Assembly: GCA_024404975.1 (NCBI GenBank)
Contig: JAKSPH010000003.1
Coordinates: forward strand, 1 to 45,624
From: Clostridia bacterium
GTDB lineage: Bacteria > Bacillota > Clostridia > Oscillospirales > CAG-272
DNA: 45,624 nucleotides
Direction: 5' to 3'
Shown: positions 25,634 through 34,842 of the stretch, piece by piece
Position numbering within the stretch: the stretch's first letter is position 1
Layout: every line of letters starts with the position of its first letter
Program-made: the position numbers and the translations under genes
Notes under the pieces: model-generated
The model's input: the letters and a program-made list of their open reading frames with translations, nothing else
Told to the model about the DNA's origin: nothing
Databases searched by the model: none

Positions 25634-28483
25634 ATGGATATCAGACTTTCTGATGAGCAGCAAAACTTTATCGATTTAGCTTTATCGGGAAAGAATATTT
25701 TAGTAAATGCCTGTATTGGTAGCGGAAAAACCACGGCAATTCAATGCTTGACTCAAGTCATACCAAGCAACAAATCCATTTTATACTTAACCTACAACCG
25801 TTTACTAAAGGTCGATGCAAAATCCAAGATAATGAGAAAAAATACTATGGTTACAAATTATCACGGATTTGCCAGTACTATTCTAAAACCATACGGAATA
25901 CCTAGCGGAATACCTGACTTGATTCAAACGTTTCTGAAAACACAACCTTATTTGCCGCATTATGATATCTTACTGATTGACGAGTATCAGGACATAGATC
26001 AAGAACTTTCCGAAATGTTGGAAGTGATCAAAGAATCCAACCCTTATATGCAGCTAATTGCCGTCGGCGATATGGATCAAAAAATATATGATAAAACATC
26101 CCTTGACATACGCAGTTTTATCAATTCTTTTCTCGGTCAATATGAAACACTTTCTTTTACAAAATGCTTTCGATTGAATGCCGAACACGCTGCAATGTTG
26201 GGCGAAATATGGCATAAACCTATTGTCGGAGTGAATGATACCGCTAAAGTTGAAGTAATGACGTGTGAAGAAGCCGTACAATTTTTGTCCAAACAGCAGC
26301 CTTCCGATATTCTTTGCCTCGGTGGACGAAAAGGCACTATTTTCAATAATGTACTCAATCGGTTGGAAATGGAACATCCCTCCATATTTAACAAAAAAAC
26401 TGTATGGGCAAGCATTTCCAATAAAGATGGCATGGGTTCTACCGAACCAAATCAAAACTCTGCGATTTTTACCACTTTTGATAGCAGCAAAGGGTTGGAG
26501 AGAAAAATATGTGTAGTTGCCGATTTCACCGATGACTATTGGCGTAAGAGAGCGGACCAGCCCTTTCAAAAATATGAAATATTGAGAAACATCTTTTGCG
26601 TTGCTGCCAGCAGAGGAAAAGAACACATTATATTTATTTCTCCGTCCATTGATACTGTCCATCTTCTATCAAAAGAAGTCCTCGCAATAAAGTTTGACAA
26701 AAAAGACGCAAATAAGCTCCCCATACCTATAACCGAATTGTTTGATTTCAAATATATTGAAAGTATTGAAAAATGTTATTCATTGCTTGAAATAAAAGAT
26801 GTATCTTCGGATGATTTAAGTGAGATTCCTATTAAAACAAGCGATTGTTTGATAGATCTCAGTCCTTGCGTTGGAATATATCAGGAATCCTCTTTCTTTC
26901 AAGGGTATGATTTAAAAACAGCAATCTTATTTTACGATCCTCGAATTTCCGAAGAAGAAATCGACCAAGCATCCGAGGAAGAAAAAGTCCTTATCCTCAC
27001 CGCTTTGGAAACGAAGCAAGATCGCTACAGAGTTCAAGTTGAAATTCCCTTTATTGCAGAAGAAGAAACAAAAGCACTCCATCGCAGATTGGAAACTGTT
27101 TTTTCCCGAAATGAAACTATTCAAAAATTAGTTCAATTAGACTTTGCTCCATACGGTTTCCCTTTTTTGAAAGCACGCGGATATTGCGATGTAATCAAAG
27201 ATAATATTGTCTATGAACTCAAATTCGTATCTGAACTCACGCACACGCATTTTTTGCAGTGTGCTTGCTACATGATCGGTTTAGGATTAAAAAAGGGAAT
27301 ACTTTGGAATACACGTTTCAATAAAAAATTTGAAATCCGTATTAAGGATCAAGATTTGTTTATGCTGAATGTAGCAGAAACAGTATTGAAAAAAGATCAT
27401 TTAACTGCGTCGTTTGAAGGTAAGCGGTCATCTTTAACACTCCCCCAAACAACTGTCTCGGCTTCGCCTTTCAAACTGCACGTTTCTAATGCCTTTTCGC
27501 ACCATTTCGCCGTTCTTGATGTTGAAACCACACTTGCGGGGAATGTTATGTCTGTCGGTCTTGTTATTGCAGATAAACACAGTTTTAATCAAGTGGATCA
27601 ATTATATTTGGTTTCCGAACCGGAATGCACCGAAAACAGTATGTTTCGTTCTGCTCTTTGGCTTCCGAATACGCCGAGAGCAATTATGACTAACAAGCAG
27701 GCGTTAGGGGAGCATATTTCCCGTCTTCTTAATCAGTATGGAGTGCATGAGATTTGTGCATATAATGCCGGGTTTGATCAGCGTGCGTTACCTTGCTTGA
27801 ACAATTTTTTTTGGATTGATATAATGAAAATTGCACCATACAAACAATTCAACTCAAAAATCCCGGATTCCGCAGAATGTTGCTCAACAGGAAGGCTCAA
27901 GACCAAATATAAGGCACAAGATATGATTCACCTACTGACCGGTAATCTCGCTTATTCCGAATCTCACAACGCTTTCCGGGATGCTCAAGATGAGTTACTG
28001 ATTATGCAAAAATTGAACTTGCCTTTTGAAATCTATGTTCAACACGGATCACTTGGGCTTAAGTCATCTTCGCCATCCTTTGGAAGTAGCAAGTCTGTTC
28101 TATATAATAAAACGGAAAATCCGATTATCCGGCAAAATCAACCAAAACCTTTTGTTTCTCAATCTCAATTTTCTGGTTTTGCCTCCGATAAGCCAATTGC
28201 CCAAACTGTAACGGCAAGCAGTTTTTCTCCGGATTTGTATTATGGATTTGATGAAACCGCTCACCTCTTGGGGCAAAGGCGAACGGACATTCATCGTTAT
28301 ATTGATGAAGGGAAACTACAAGCAATCCAAAAATGGAATAGGATTTATATCACAAAAGAATCGGCAAACAAATTAAAAGACGAGCTTGACCAAATGAACG
28401 AGGAAGCAATGAAGATCTATAGAATAATCTTCGGAATGATCTTTCTCATGATATTGCTGTTTTGTTTTTTATCAGGATGTTAA
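25634..28483 (+). CDS. Multidomain SF1 (UvrD-like) helicase + PD-(D/E)xK nuclease + DEDDh 3'-5' exonuclease + HTH + C-terminal TM
   Basis: ACIGSGKTT, LLIDEYQD, AVGDMDQKIY, CFRL, TFDSSKGLE, VAASRGK; GYCDVIKDNIVYELK...QCACY; VLDVETT / YNAGFD / HNAFRD; YYGFDETAHLLG...IDEGKLQA; IIFGMIFLMILLFCFL; markedly AT-rich. Confidence 0.85.
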   Translation: MDIRLSDEQQNFIDLALSGKNILVNACIGSGKTTAIQCLTQVIPSNKSILYLTYNRLLKVDAKSKIMRKNTMVTNYHGFASTILKPYGIPSGIPDLIQTFLKTQPYLPHYDILLIDEYQDIDQELSEMLEVIKESNPYMQLIAVGDMDQKIYDKTSLDIRSFINSFLGQYETLSFTKCFRLNAEHAAMLGEIWHKPIVGVNDTAKVEVMTCEEAVQFLSKQQPSDILCLGGRKGTIFNNVLNRLEMEHPSIFNKKTVWASISNKDGMGSTEPNQNSAIFTTFDSSKGLERKICVVADFTDDYWRKRADQPFQKYEILRNIFCVAASRGKEHIIFISPSIDTVHLLSKEVLAIKFDKKDANKLPIPITELFDFKYIESIEKCYSLLEIKDVSSDDLSEIPIKTSDCLIDLSPCVGIYQESSFFQGYDLKTAILFYDPRISEEEIDQASEEEKVLILTALETKQDRYRVQVEIPFIAEEETKALHRRLETVFSRNETIQKLVQLDFAPYGFPFLKARGYCDVIKDNIVYELKFVSELTHTHFLQCACYMIGLGLKKGILWNTRFNKKFEIRIKDQDLFMLNVAETVLKKDHLTASFEGKRSSLTLPQTTVSASPFKLHVSNAFSHHFAVLDVETTLAGNVMSVGLVIADKHSFNQVDQLYLVSEPECTENSMFRSALWLPNTPRAIMTNKQALGEHISRLLNQYGVHEICAYNAGFDQRALPCLNNFFWIDIMKIAPYKQFNSKIPDSAECCSTGRLKTKYKAQDMIHLLTGNLAYSESHNAFRDAQDELLIMQKLNLPFEIYVQHGSLGLKSSSPSFGSSKSVLYNKTENPIIRQNQPKPFVSQSQFSGFASDKPIAQTVTASSFSPDLYYGFDETAHLLGQRRTDIHRYIDEGKLQAIQKWNRIYITKESANKLKDELDQMNEEAMKIYRIIFGMIFLMILLFCFLSGC

Positions 28484-28487
28484 AACA

Positions 28488-28515
28488 ACCCCCGCCTCGG
28501 AACCGAGGCGGGGGT
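28488..28515. terminator. Strong hairpin terminator between convergent genes
   Basis: ACCCCCGCCTCGG-AA-CCGAGGCGGGGGT perfect 13-bp stem. Confidence 0.8.
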
Positions 28516-28533
28516 GCTGTTTCTGAAGAGGGA

Positions 28534-30441
28534 TCATTTCCTGTAGGCGAGTTTGCCCGATTTTTCAAGCAGTTTGATGAACAGGCCGCCCTGGACGGTT
28601 CTGTGCTGGAAGCCGACCTTTCCGCCGGTAACCGTGTCGTACCAATCGGTCATCGGGACGTGAGAGAAGGACTCATCGTAAGTGCGCCAGAGCGGAGCGA
28701 TGAACTTCTCGAAATCGCCTTTCGTTTTCGCCATGGTCGCCGTCCAGACGAGCCAGTCGGACTTGGTGTTGTCCGCTCTGGAATCGAGCGGCAAGCCGTA
28801 TCTGTTCATCTTTGCGAAATAACTTGCGATCTCGCTTTCCACGACCTCGGCAGGGAACAGACCGGTACCCCAGATCTTATCCCAAACCATATTGTATTTC
28901 ATGGAGAAGGAATCGGGTTTATCAAACGCGAGGCGGTAGGAACCGTCGCCGTTCGCGGCACGGGCGACCCAACTCTGCGCTTTTTCTTTGGCGATGGCGG
29001 CGAATTTCTCCGCTTCGTCCTTCTTTCCGAGTTTGTCGCAGAGAACGGAAGTTCCCATAATGCCCATGATGGCTTTGAGCGAGAGGTTGCAGTTGTGCGC
29101 GAGGTGTCCGGCGAAATCGTCGGTGCAGAGTTGGTTTTCGGGATCGTCCCCGAAGCGGATGAGGTATTCCGTCCAACCGAGAAGGGTGTCGAAATGAGAT
29201 TTCGGGAAGTCGGTTTTTCCGTCGGCAAGAACGGCGGTGGCTTCCATAATGATCATATTTCCGCATTCCTCCACGGGCATCTGCATTTCATAACGGAGTT
29301 TTCCGGTCGCTCTGTCAAGACCGTAGACCTGACCGTTGACGAGAGGATACTGTCCGGCATCGTGAGGCGCAAAGTCAAATTCCCACGCGGGCGACGCGGC
29401 GAACTTGTAGATCGGACGCATCATGGCGCGGACGAGTTCGGGGTTGTACCGCAGGAAGATCGGGATCGAGGGATAGGAAACGTCCACCGTGGCGGCACAG
29501 CCGTTCGAGAAACATTCCTTGGAAATGTAGAGGAGATCGCCGGCTTCGTCGCGGACGAGTTTTGCCGCCGCAAGGATCTGACGGTAAGCGAGGTTCAGAA
29601 GATCTGCGTATTTCTTTCCGCCGGCGGCGACCGCCTCGGCATAGAGTTCCGCGGAGAACTTGTCGGCGCGGGAAACGAGAGTTTCATATTCTTCGTTTGC
29701 CGCGGTGATGGCGCAGCGAATGCATTTTCCGCCGTCGCGCCACGGGCTGACAAGGTTTTTACCGAAATACTGTATGGATTCCACGTCGTCGTAGGCGAGG
29801 AGAACAAGCCCCGGTTCTCCGGCGGCGAGATTCTTTTCGACTCTGATCATGTGAGCGCCGGCTTCGGTGCGGGTTTCACCGCGCATACCGAGGTAAAGAT
29901 ATCCCCAATCAATACGGAGATCGTCGCCCGAACGGTTCAGCACGTTTTGTTCCTCGGCGCCCATCTTCAAACCGGAAACACCGCCGACACGGAACTCTTC
30001 CGTGACGATCGGCTTCTGTCCTTTACTGTTCAGAACCAACGTGTCTTCCGCGGACACGGAAAGAGAAACTTCGTGCGCCTTACCGTCCGTCGGCTCCCAT
30101 CTGACTTCCATATAGGAAACGGGGCGGGAGAGGAGGTTCACGTCATCGAGGAAAAGCGGTGTCATCATACGGACGGACGCGCGGATGCCGAAGCCCTCAA
30201 ACACGGCTTTGGTGGAGAGAGCGTCGATGTCAAGCGAAATCTGCTCAAATTTTCTCATGTTTCTGTCAAAACCGAGGAAAGCGGCGTTGACACCGTCGAC
30301 ACGCATCGCACCGAGAACGTAATTGCGGGCGCCCGTCCAATGCATAGGAACGTCCGCGTTCAGTCGGGTGTATTTCGACCAAACGGAAAAATAAGGATCT
30401 ACAGTAAATAAAGGAACTGCGGGGGCGCGGAACTTTCTCAT
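28534..30441 (-). CDS. Glutaminase A (GtaA)-like six-hairpin protein (DUF5127/DUF4965/DUF1793 type)
   Basis: 'RAPAVPLFTVDPYFSVWS', 'RIDWGYLY', 'SKECFSNG..ATVDVSYP', 'FAPHDAGQYP', 'MPVEECGNM', 'NQLCTDDFAG', 'GLPLDSR', 'KSDW'. Confidence 0.85.
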   Translation of the reverse strand: MRKFRAPAVPLFTVDPYFSVWSKYTRLNADVPMHWTGARNYVLGAMRVDGVNAAFLGFDRNMRKFEQISLDIDALSTKAVFEGFGIRASVRMMTPLFLDDVNLLSRPVSYMEVRWEPTDGKAHEVSLSVSAEDTLVLNSKGQKPIVTEEFRVGGVSGLKMGAEEQNVLNRSGDDLRIDWGYLYLGMRGETRTEAGAHMIRVEKNLAAGEPGLVLLAYDDVESIQYFGKNLVSPWRDGGKCIRCAITAANEEYETLVSRADKFSAELYAEAVAAGGKKYADLLNLAYRQILAAAKLVRDEAGDLLYISKECFSNGCAATVDVSYPSIPIFLRYNPELVRAMMRPIYKFAASPAWEFDFAPHDAGQYPLVNGQVYGLDRATGKLRYEMQMPVEECGNMIIMEATAVLADGKTDFPKSHFDTLLGWTEYLIRFGDDPENQLCTDDFAGHLAHNCNLSLKAIMGIMGTSVLCDKLGKKDEAEKFAAIAKEKAQSWVARAANGDGSYRLAFDKPDSFSMKYNMVWDKIWGTGLFPAEVVESEIASYFAKMNRYGLPLDSRADNTKSDWLVWTATMAKTKGDFEKFIAPLWRTYDESFSHVPMTDWYDTVTGGKVGFQHRTVQGGLFIKLLEKSGKLAYRK

Positions 30442-30554
30442 AAAGATTCTCCTTTGTTTTTATGTTCATTATAGCATAGGTTTTTCCGTTATTCAAGAAG
30501 AAAACGAAAAAAAGAAGCGCCCTTTTCCAAAGCGGAAAAAGGTGCTTCTTTTGA

Positions 30555-31868
30555 TCACTGAACCGCGTTTTTGAAGGAGTCGTCAAGCGTTACCACGGCG
30601 GTCTGTCCTTCGACACCCGCGCGGACGTAATGAACGACGACGGTGTCGCCGACTTTGGCGTGGAGCATGGCATCAATGACGTTGTAACGGCGGTTGACTT
30701 CGTACGTTTTCCCCGCGATCTCAATGCTGACGATCACGTCGTCGACACAAAGCTGCGCCGAAACGGGGTTCACCGTGGCTATCTCATCGACGGCTACGGT
30801 TTCACGGATATGCACTTTCCCGTTTTCCGTGTCGTAAACGGCAGAAGAATCCACGGTTTTGACCTGCACGTTCAAAAGAGACCGGTACATTTTGCCGTCA
30901 TTGTAAAACAGAATGTTATCCGCGACCGCCGTGGCGATGTTGGAAGGAATCGCGTAACCGATATTGTCGATCGAAGAATCCTGAAGTTTGGCGTTTACGA
31001 TGCCGATCAGTTCGCCCTTGTTGTTGAACAGACCGCCGCCGGAGTTTCCGCCGTTGACCGCGGTGTCGATACGCATCAGACGCATATTGAGCGAAGTCTT
31101 TCCGTCTGCCGCCGTCATCGTGAGATATTCACTGTCAACGTTGACGTGTCCGAGGGTTGCGGAAACGCCGCGTCCTTCGGGGTTGCCGATGGCGATCGCG
31201 GTTTCGAGAACGCTCACGTCGTCGGAATTCGCCGTCGTCGCCTCAAGTGCCGCCGATTGACGGAGGACCTGCGAGTTTTCCACTTTCAGCACCGCGATAT
31301 CGTAGGTCATCGAACCGCCGACGTAGGTCGCGGGAATGGCGTACTGACTGCCTTCCATGCCGTAGAGGAAGAGTTGCAGGGACTTACTGATGGAGGGACT
31401 GCCGCTCGCGTTGTAAACCACGTGATAGTTGGTGATGATATAAGCGTTTCCGAGATCCTTTTCCAACCGATAGATCACGCCGGCACCCGCCTGCGTGGAT
31501 TGGGTAACGCCCTGCTGATAAGATCCCCACCCGACTCTCGTGGTGTAAGGAACGTCAAACGTCGCGTAAATACTGACGACGGAGAGCAGTGCCTTGGAAG
31601 CGGCGAGCGTGTCGACGCCGGTTTCGGTATTGACTGAAACCTCGTAGGTGTCGCCCGAATTCACGGAAAGTCCGCGGATCGCCTCGGCGATCGCCGCGTT
31701 GAGTTGATCCTTCGTGACCGAATCGTCGTTCTTTCCGTTTGTTTGCGCGGGAGTATCGCCGAGCGATCCCGTGCTTAATAGATAATCCCCCATAAGGCAG
31801 GAAGAAAACATTGTCGCCGAGATCATAAGGGTGATCGCGAGGATCAATGCCGAAATGCGTTTTTTCAT
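30555..31868 (-). CDS. htrA: HtrA/DegP-like serine protease with PDZ domain, probable lipoprotein
   Basis: Catalytic triad TNYHVV / YDIAVLK / GNSGGGL; 'AIGNPEG'; signal peptide with FSSC; C-terminal PDZ-like region. Confidence 0.85.
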   Translation of the reverse strand: MKKRISALILAITLMISATMFSSCLMGDYLLSTGSLGDTPAQTNGKNDDSVTKDQLNAAIAEAIRGLSVNSGDTYEVSVNTETGVDTLAASKALLSVVSIYATFDVPYTTRVGWGSYQQGVTQSTQAGAGVIYRLEKDLGNAYIITNYHVVYNASGSPSISKSLQLFLYGMEGSQYAIPATYVGGSMTYDIAVLKVENSQVLRQSAALEATTANSDDVSVLETAIAIGNPEGRGVSATLGHVNVDSEYLTMTAADGKTSLNMRLMRIDTAVNGGNSGGGLFNNKGELIGIVNAKLQDSSIDNIGYAIPSNIATAVADNILFYNDGKMYRSLLNVQVKTVDSSAVYDTENGKVHIRETVAVDEIATVNPVSAQLCVDDVIVSIEIAGKTYEVNRRYNVIDAMLHAKVGDTVVVHYVRAGVEGQTAVVTLDDSFKNAVQ

Positions 31869-31989
31869 AAGCGCCTCCGTAGCAGAAAGTGCTTATAGTA
31901 TAATCTATTTTTGTTAAGAGAATGTGTACAAAGCACGGAAAATGTGTTATTTTTTCAAAGTATTTTCATACGTTTCGGGAAAACATTAA

Positions 31990-32018
31990 GCCGGCACCCG
32001 CAAATTACGGGTGCCGGC
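31990..32018 (-). terminator. Hairpin downstream of spoVFB
   Basis: GCCGGCACCCG-CAAATTA-CGGGTGCCGGC. Confidence 0.65.
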
Positions 32019-32033
32019 ACGGAAAACACAGGT

Positions 32034-32597
32034 TCAGCCGAGGAACAGAGGACGGCGCTGTCTGCCGTTCAGCGCGGATTCGAGGCAGTCGCCGAGCATG
32101 GAAAATTCCGCGACGAGCGAGTGGGGTTTCTTCTCCGGATCGTCCTGCCGCATCGGAACGAAATAGACTTCCCGCCGCAAAAGAAGCGCGGCGATGTTAT
32201 GGAGATTCTGCGAGAGAGAATCGTTGGAAGCGAGGGCGATCACGGTCGGACGGTCGCACCGCAGATGGGCTTTCGCCGCCATCGTCACGGCACTGTCGGT
32301 GATTCCTGCCGCGATCTTCGCCAAAGTGTTTCCGGTGCAGGGGGCGAGGATGAGCGCTTCGAGCGGCTTCGCGGGGCCGAGCGGTTCGGCATCCACCACG
32401 GTGTGGATAATGGGGTTGCCGCACAGTTCCTCCACCTTCTCGCGAAACACCCGCGCTTCGCCGAACCTCGTGTCGGTGGCATACACGCGCTCACTCATGA
32501 TCGGCTGGACGTTCCAGCCCGCACCGACGAGTTTTTCAAGTTCCGAGAACGAGCGTTTGAGTGTGCAGAAAGAACCGGTAAAAGCGTATCCGATCAT
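32034..32597 (-). CDS. spoVFB: Dipicolinate synthase subunit B
   Basis: 'GYAFTGSFCT', 'TDTRFG', 'AEPLGP', 'APCTGNTLAKIA', 'MAAKAHLR', 'QDDPEKKPHSL'. Confidence 0.95.
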   Translation of the reverse strand: MIGYAFTGSFCTLKRSFSELEKLVGAGWNVQPIMSERVYATDTRFGEARVFREKVEELCGNPIIHTVVDAEPLGPAKPLEALILAPCTGNTLAKIAAGITDSAVTMAAKAHLRCDRPTVIALASNDSLSQNLHNIAALLLRREVYFVPMRQDDPEKKPHSLVAEFSMLGDCLESALNGRQRRPLFLG

Positions 32598-32636
32598 AGC
32601 GTTTTCCCTCTCGGCGGTCGTTTTTCCGATAACGTA

Positions 32637-33416
32637 TTATTTTTCAGACGTCATTCCTCCCATCATGCGGAGGACGGAACGGCAGAGCGCACGTCCCGCG
32701 CTGTCGGGGAACATGGCGGTCGGTACGCCCCTCAGAGTTTCGTACGCCAGACCGTAGGGCAGGTTCTCCCCGGAAGCGAGTTCGATCACGCGTACCCCCG
32801 CGAGGTCGGATTGTTCCGTGATGATATTCTTCGCGGGGGCGGTGTTGATCAGAATATCCAGCCCCGAAAAATCCGCGGGCGGGCAGTCCCCGCCGACCTG
32901 TACCGCGTCCACGCCGACTCTGCCGAGGGTTTTGCAGGTTTCCATTTTGGTGGAAAAGACCTTGATCTTCGCGCCGAGGAAGAGCAGTTCGCGGACGAGT
33001 TCCCGCCCGATCCTGCCGTATCCCACGATCCCCGCGCGCAGGTCGGCGGGAACGCGATTCGCGGTAGTGAGCAGGTAGCCGAGCGTCCCCTGCGCCGTAA
33101 AGTGCGCGTTCTCCGACAGAAAGATCAGATCTTTTGAAACGTCGATCACCCGCCCGCCGTGCGATGTGATTTCGTCAACTATTGTTTGCATAACGGCATA
33201 TCCGACCGTTACGGTCCCGCGCCCTCCGAGGGAGGAGAGAGGAACGTCGGTCCCCCGAAGGACACCGGCTTCCGCCACCGTAGGGATGGGGAGCAGTTCC
33301 ACCCGTTCCACGTCCGGAAAGAGATCTTTCCCCGACAGGGCAAAAAACTCTTTCAGACATTTTTTGCATACGGGCAACCGCTTGTCGGCGCCGTAAGTTT
33401 GAATTGTCATGAGCAT
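32637..33416 (-). CDS. spoVFA: Dipicolinate synthase subunit A (divergent)
   Basis: 'GADKR', 'LLPIP', 'NAHFTAQG', Rossmann 'IVGYGRIG', 'INTAP', 'IELAS', 'GVP..MFPDSAG'; immediately upstream of spoVFB. Confidence 0.8.
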   Translation of the reverse strand: MLMTIQTYGADKRLPVCKKCLKEFFALSGKDLFPDVERVELLPIPTVAEAGVLRGTDVPLSSLGGRGTVTVGYAVMQTIVDEITSHGGRVIDVSKDLIFLSENAHFTAQGTLGYLLTTANRVPADLRAGIVGYGRIGRELVRELLFLGAKIKVFSTKMETCKTLGRVGVDAVQVGGDCPPADFSGLDILINTAPAKNIITEQSDLAGVRVIELASGENLPYGLAYETLRGVPTAMFPDSAGRALCRSVLRMMGGMTSEK

Positions 33417-33518
33417 TCTCCAACGGATATTGACGGTTTCCCGTCTTTATCATTGTATGCAAAACACGCGCCGCCGGACAGAAAAAAACGCGCGTGCTCC
33501 CGCATTTCTGCATCAGGG

Positions 33519-33547
33519 TTGACTTTTTCGCTAAAATATGATATAAT
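33519..33547 (+). promoter_or_regulatory. sigmaA promoter for the 33-aa small ORF
   Basis: TTGACT-17 nt-TATAAT. Confidence 0.7.
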
Positions 33548-33582
33548 ATGCATATCAATCGAGAAAGGCCACTGTGGCATCC

Positions 33583-33684
33583 ATGAAAAAGTTCCAAGAA
33601 ATTGCGAAAATCGTCGCATTGATCCTCGCCGGGATCCTGCTGTTTGGCGTGATCGCCGTGGTATTAAAGTCCATCGGCGCATAA
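33583..33684 (+). CDS. Small single-pass membrane protein (33 aa), below the ORF-track cutoff
   Basis: MKKFQEIAKIVALILAGILLFGVIAVVLKSIGA followed by two stops; own promoter, GAAAGG RBS and terminator. Confidence 0.7.
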   Translation: MKKFQEIAKIVALILAGILLFGVIAVVLKSIGA

Positions 33685-33728
33685 TAAAACCTCCGGAAGA
33701 AAAGTCCACCGGAGGTTTTATTTTTTTT
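33685..33728. terminator. Bidirectional terminator
   Basis: TAAAACCTCCGG...CCGGAGGTTTTA followed by a T8 tract. Confidence 0.8.
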
Positions 33729-33767
33729 CGCATTGTCGGGTCTGTTTCACCGTTTTCCGATTTCGGC

Positions 33768-34757
33768 TCATTCTACGGGGCGGGGAAGCGATTCGAGATA
33801 TTCGACGTATTCGGAGATGAGAACGTCAAAGTTTGCGCGTGCTTCCTCTTCGGAGTCCGAGAAGGAATTTACGAAATAGGTATAATCCTCGTTCGCCAGG
33901 CTGAAATCGTAACTGTTGGAATTGTTGGTGAATACGGTATCGCCGATCCTGTAAGTGCCGGTTGCGGCATCGTAGGAGAAGGTCAGAGTTTCCTCCATCT
34001 TCTCGGGATTTGCCTTGCGCTCCGCATAGCAATGTTTTACCGTGCCGGCGGCAACGTCGAAGAAATAGTAATCGTACAGGGGAGAGGTTTCAACATCGCC
34101 GATCTGACTGCCGGTAAAGGATTTTGAGAGAAGCATGGGGTTGAGTTCATAGGGAGTAGGCGTGAGCGTCTTGCCGATCGAGCGGTTCACGGTGTCCAGC
34201 GTCGTATCGTTCGAAACGCGCTTGTAGGTGATGTCGATCTTTGCCTTATTTCCGATGTAATAGGTCTTGCCGGACAGGATGCCGCGGAAAGACGAGCGCC
34301 ATGCGGACTTGTTGTCCGACAGCGTCTTGGACTTCGCCTGCACGTAGAAGGACGACTCAAAACCGGAGTTGCCGTCAAGGGTGATGCGGCCGATAAGGTC
34401 GGTCGTAACGGAAGTACCGTCCTCCTGCTGTTCGGTTTCGTATTCGTATTTCGGATGCGTTTCGATGCAGTACCATTCGGTTTCATTGTCCGAGTACGCG
34501 TAATACGCGGGGCCGGACGTGGGAATGACGACGAAGATCCGCATACCCGATTCTTTGATCAGATCGCGCGTGACGCGTTCTTCTTCGGGAATGGTGTTGT
34601 TTTTCGAATCGTACATATTGGTAATCTCATACTTGGTGAGTTGGTAGGTTCCCGCGATCTCGGAAAGTTTGCCGGCATCGACTCGGTTACAGCCGACGAG
34701 GGCGCAAATCGAAAGGCAAAGACAAAGCACGAGTAACAAAGCAGTTGATTTTTTCAT
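33768..34757 (-). CDS. Hypothetical lipoprotein
   Basis: MKKSTALLLVLCLCLSICALVGC lipobox; AAGGAG RBS; 'IAGTYQLTKY' lipocalin-like start; host-like codon usage. Confidence 0.75.
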   Translation of the reverse strand: MKKSTALLLVLCLCLSICALVGCNRVDAGKLSEIAGTYQLTKYEITNMYDSKNNTIPEEERVTRDLIKESGMRIFVVIPTSGPAYYAYSDNETEWYCIETHPKYEYETEQQEDGTSVTTDLIGRITLDGNSGFESSFYVQAKSKTLSDNKSAWRSSFRGILSGKTYYIGNKAKIDITYKRVSNDTTLDTVNRSIGKTLTPTPYELNPMLLSKSFTGSQIGDVETSPLYDYYFFDVAAGTVKHCYAERKANPEKMEETLTFSYDAATGTYRIGDTVFTNNSNSYDFSLANEDYTYFVNSFSDSEEEARANFDVLISEYVEYLESLPRPVE

Positions 34758-34842
34758 GTTTTTCTCCTTTTCCACCGGTTTCCGGTGATGGCTTCATTAT
34801 AACAGAAATTTCTCCGTGTGTCAAGCGGGATATTTATCCGCC

